DNA of 64,000 nucleotides from Yuukianura sp. NJ FZ-2021 (Eukaryota): NCBI GenBank assembly GCA_046563655.1, contig CM102285.1, positions 14,508,001 to 14,572,000 of the forward strand, read 5' to 3'. Shown piece by piece: positions 62,115 to 64,000 of this stretch (position 1 is its first letter; each line of letters starts with the position of its first letter). The notes under the pieces were generated by a model. It saw only the letters and a program-made list of their open reading frames with translations, ran no database searches and was not told where the DNA came from. The position numbers and the translations under genes were made by a program.

Positions 62115-63398
62115 GGGAAAAAATAATTTTGAAAAATAAAATGAAAAAAGATTTCAGTTTCTACGTGTCCTTTGGACATCTCTGTACAAAAAAAAATGGT
62201 TGCCACTTTTTTTCTGCTTTTAACAAGAAATAGTTGTGACCAATTTTTTTAACTTTCTCTGTAGAAAGTAAAAGCAAAATGTGTGACTTTTTGATTATCT
62301 TTGTAGAAAAAGTGTTTCCAGTAATAACTTCTTTTTTGTTAGTTTTTGGGCAAACAAAAGCAGTTGTGACCTTGTTTTTCCTGTGACTGTTTGAAAATAG
62401 TTTTGTTAGTGTTGTAGTAAATAGTAGATGATGACTACTGAAGATAGAAGAGACATGATGGGAACATTGGAATTGGATTTTGTGTTTTGTTGGCTAAGGA
62501 GAAAGTGACGGAATTAATAATGCTTTCTCCTCGGAAAGGAAGTCCATGAAAATCGATAAGATCCAACACGGAGTTGGGAATGGGGGTCCTTAGGACACAT
62601 CTTACCAAGGTCCCCCTACTCACTGTGACAGTTGACTATCATACACATGCACTATAGTAACCTAATCTCTCTTGTCATCAGCATTCAACCTCATTCTAGT
62701 TACTTCGACACACAAAGTCAAAAGAAAGTCATATAACGGATGTTGCCGGTACAATCTGACAATATCCAGTCTACTTCAACCTTTGTTATTATGATAAAGT
62801 AGCTACGCTTCAGCCTTACGGCGGTTACACACACATAGTTACATAACTTCAACCTTGCTGGTTACATTCTTACTCGGGGAGTTGATTGTTGAACTATTTT
62901 TATGTGGATGGTTACAATGGTTGTTGTTCAACCTTACTTCAACCAGGGCAATCAAAAGTTTTCACTCGACGTGATCTCGGCTTGAGTTCCTGTTCGCTTT
63001 TACTTTTTTTTTGAAAACAAAAAATACTTTTTTGAACAACTTTTGTTTAATTTTGAAAAGTGATATGGATGCTCATTCGGAAATTAGTGGAAGCGCTTGG
63101 AGCAGGAGAAAGTTTTTCTCTCTTTTTTCTCGTTCCAATTTTCAATCACAAAAACATGACTTACGTCTCCGCTTTTGTGCTTTCCGCTTCTTTTTTTTAG
63201 TTAAATGAAGTTTTTAGTTCATTTATTTCTCCACTTCTGCATCTCAAATAAATTAAAAGATAATCAAAGAAGATACTTTTAAAAATTGAAAAAGAGAAAG
63301 TAGAATAGGAAATGGTAATAAATTAAGAAAAGGAATAAATTAAAGTGTGTCTAGGCAGAAATGGACTGCTTCTGCGTGGTGAAACTCTTCTGACGAAT

Positions 63399-64000
63399 TT
63401 AGTTGTTCTGAGGGACGGGGAGGGAAAGAACGTGTTGGGTTGAAATGATTTCGGCCACATCAGGGGCCCACCATGGCTCCCACGGAGAGCAGCGGCATTC
63501 ACAGGCCTTCGTATGTGGGTTGCAAGTCCCACCGGAGTAGGAGTGATGTGGATTCTTCTTGCAATGGGCGTTACACGCATCCTTCGACCCCGAACAGCAG
63601 AGTTCACCGAAGTGAACTTCCTGGAAGAAAAGAATGAGATTTTACTTTCCTGCACACCGACATGCCAGCACACCGTTGTTCCAGCACACCCGTATGCTGA
63701 AACACCAAAACTTTGGCACACCGAGATTTCAGAATGCCAAAGTTTTAGCACACCGGCATTCCAGCACACCAAAGTTTTGGCACACCGGCATTCCAGCACA
63801 CCAAAATTTTGGCACATGGAGATTCCAGCACACCACCAATTTGGCACGACGAGATTCCAGCACACCGAAACTTGGCACACCAGCACACCAAGAATTTTTT
63901 TTGGCTTACCGGTACTGGGCATGAGCAAGTACAGCAACCGCCGGAGGTCAAAGCTCCGCCCACTTTGCCATTCTTTTTGCAAACGGCCTTGCATTCTGTA
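63399..64000 (-). CDS. 3' part of a cysteine-rich protein with tandem CS-alpha-beta (defensin-like) domains; 5' end outside the window
   Basis: Exons 64000-63910 (CCG|gtaagc) and 63620-63399 (ttcttccag|GAA): TECKAVCKKNGKVGGALTSGGCCTCSCPVP|EVHFGELCCSGSKDACNAHCKKNPHHSYSGGTCNPHTKACECRCSPWEPWWAPDVAEIISTQHVLSLPVPQNN*. Confidence 0.75.
63650..63890. repeat. Intronic minisatellite (cagcacacc/ggcacacc units, ~32 bp)
   Basis: ccagcacaccaaagttttggcacaccggcatt-type units fill the 63621-63909 intron. Confidence 0.85.

Noticed and set aside
63323..63994. 223-aa minus-strand ORF and overlapping ORFs
   Set aside because: They read through the intronic minisatellite in the wrong frame; the spliced Cys-rich frame explains the region.
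1..64000. Horizontally transferred or prokaryotic island
   Set aside because: All recognisable genes are intron-containing metazoan families; no operon-like intronless block was seen.

Overview
AT-rich eukaryotic (arthropod) genomic DNA with short GT-AG introns. Gene content (N-cadherin, insect-type TEP, Ptp61F-like, DUF229, F-box/LRR) points to a hexapod/pancrustacean; a springtail-like genome is plausible but is inference only. Manual splicing supports 13 protein-coding genes: the 5' coding exon of neural cadherin, an orphan zinc-finger/transposase-like gene, a thioester protein (TEP/CD109-like), NME5, a VIP36/VIPL lectin, an F-box/LRR protein with a hydrophobic tail, an orphan hexapeptide-repeat/coiled-coil gene, TMEM70, a PTP1B/Ptp61F phosphatase, a small 6-Cys secreted peptide, a DUF229 protein, a RASD/Di-Ras-like GTPase, and the 3' end of a tandem defensin-like gene. 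Non-coding DNA holds many non-autonomous DNA transposons: an 8-copy CAAGG-TIR MITE family with 8-bp TSDs, hAT-type MITEs (one nested), DINE-1/HINE-like elements, a foldback, and a TIR element carrying a 176-bp satellite array. The most notable items are the multi-domain CS-alpha-beta defensin-like protein, the satellite-carrying TIR element, a G-U-rich nested hairpin next to an orphan gene, a triplicated perfect ecdysone-response-element array, and the putatively membrane-anchored F-box protein. No database searches were run; family calls come from recognised motifs.
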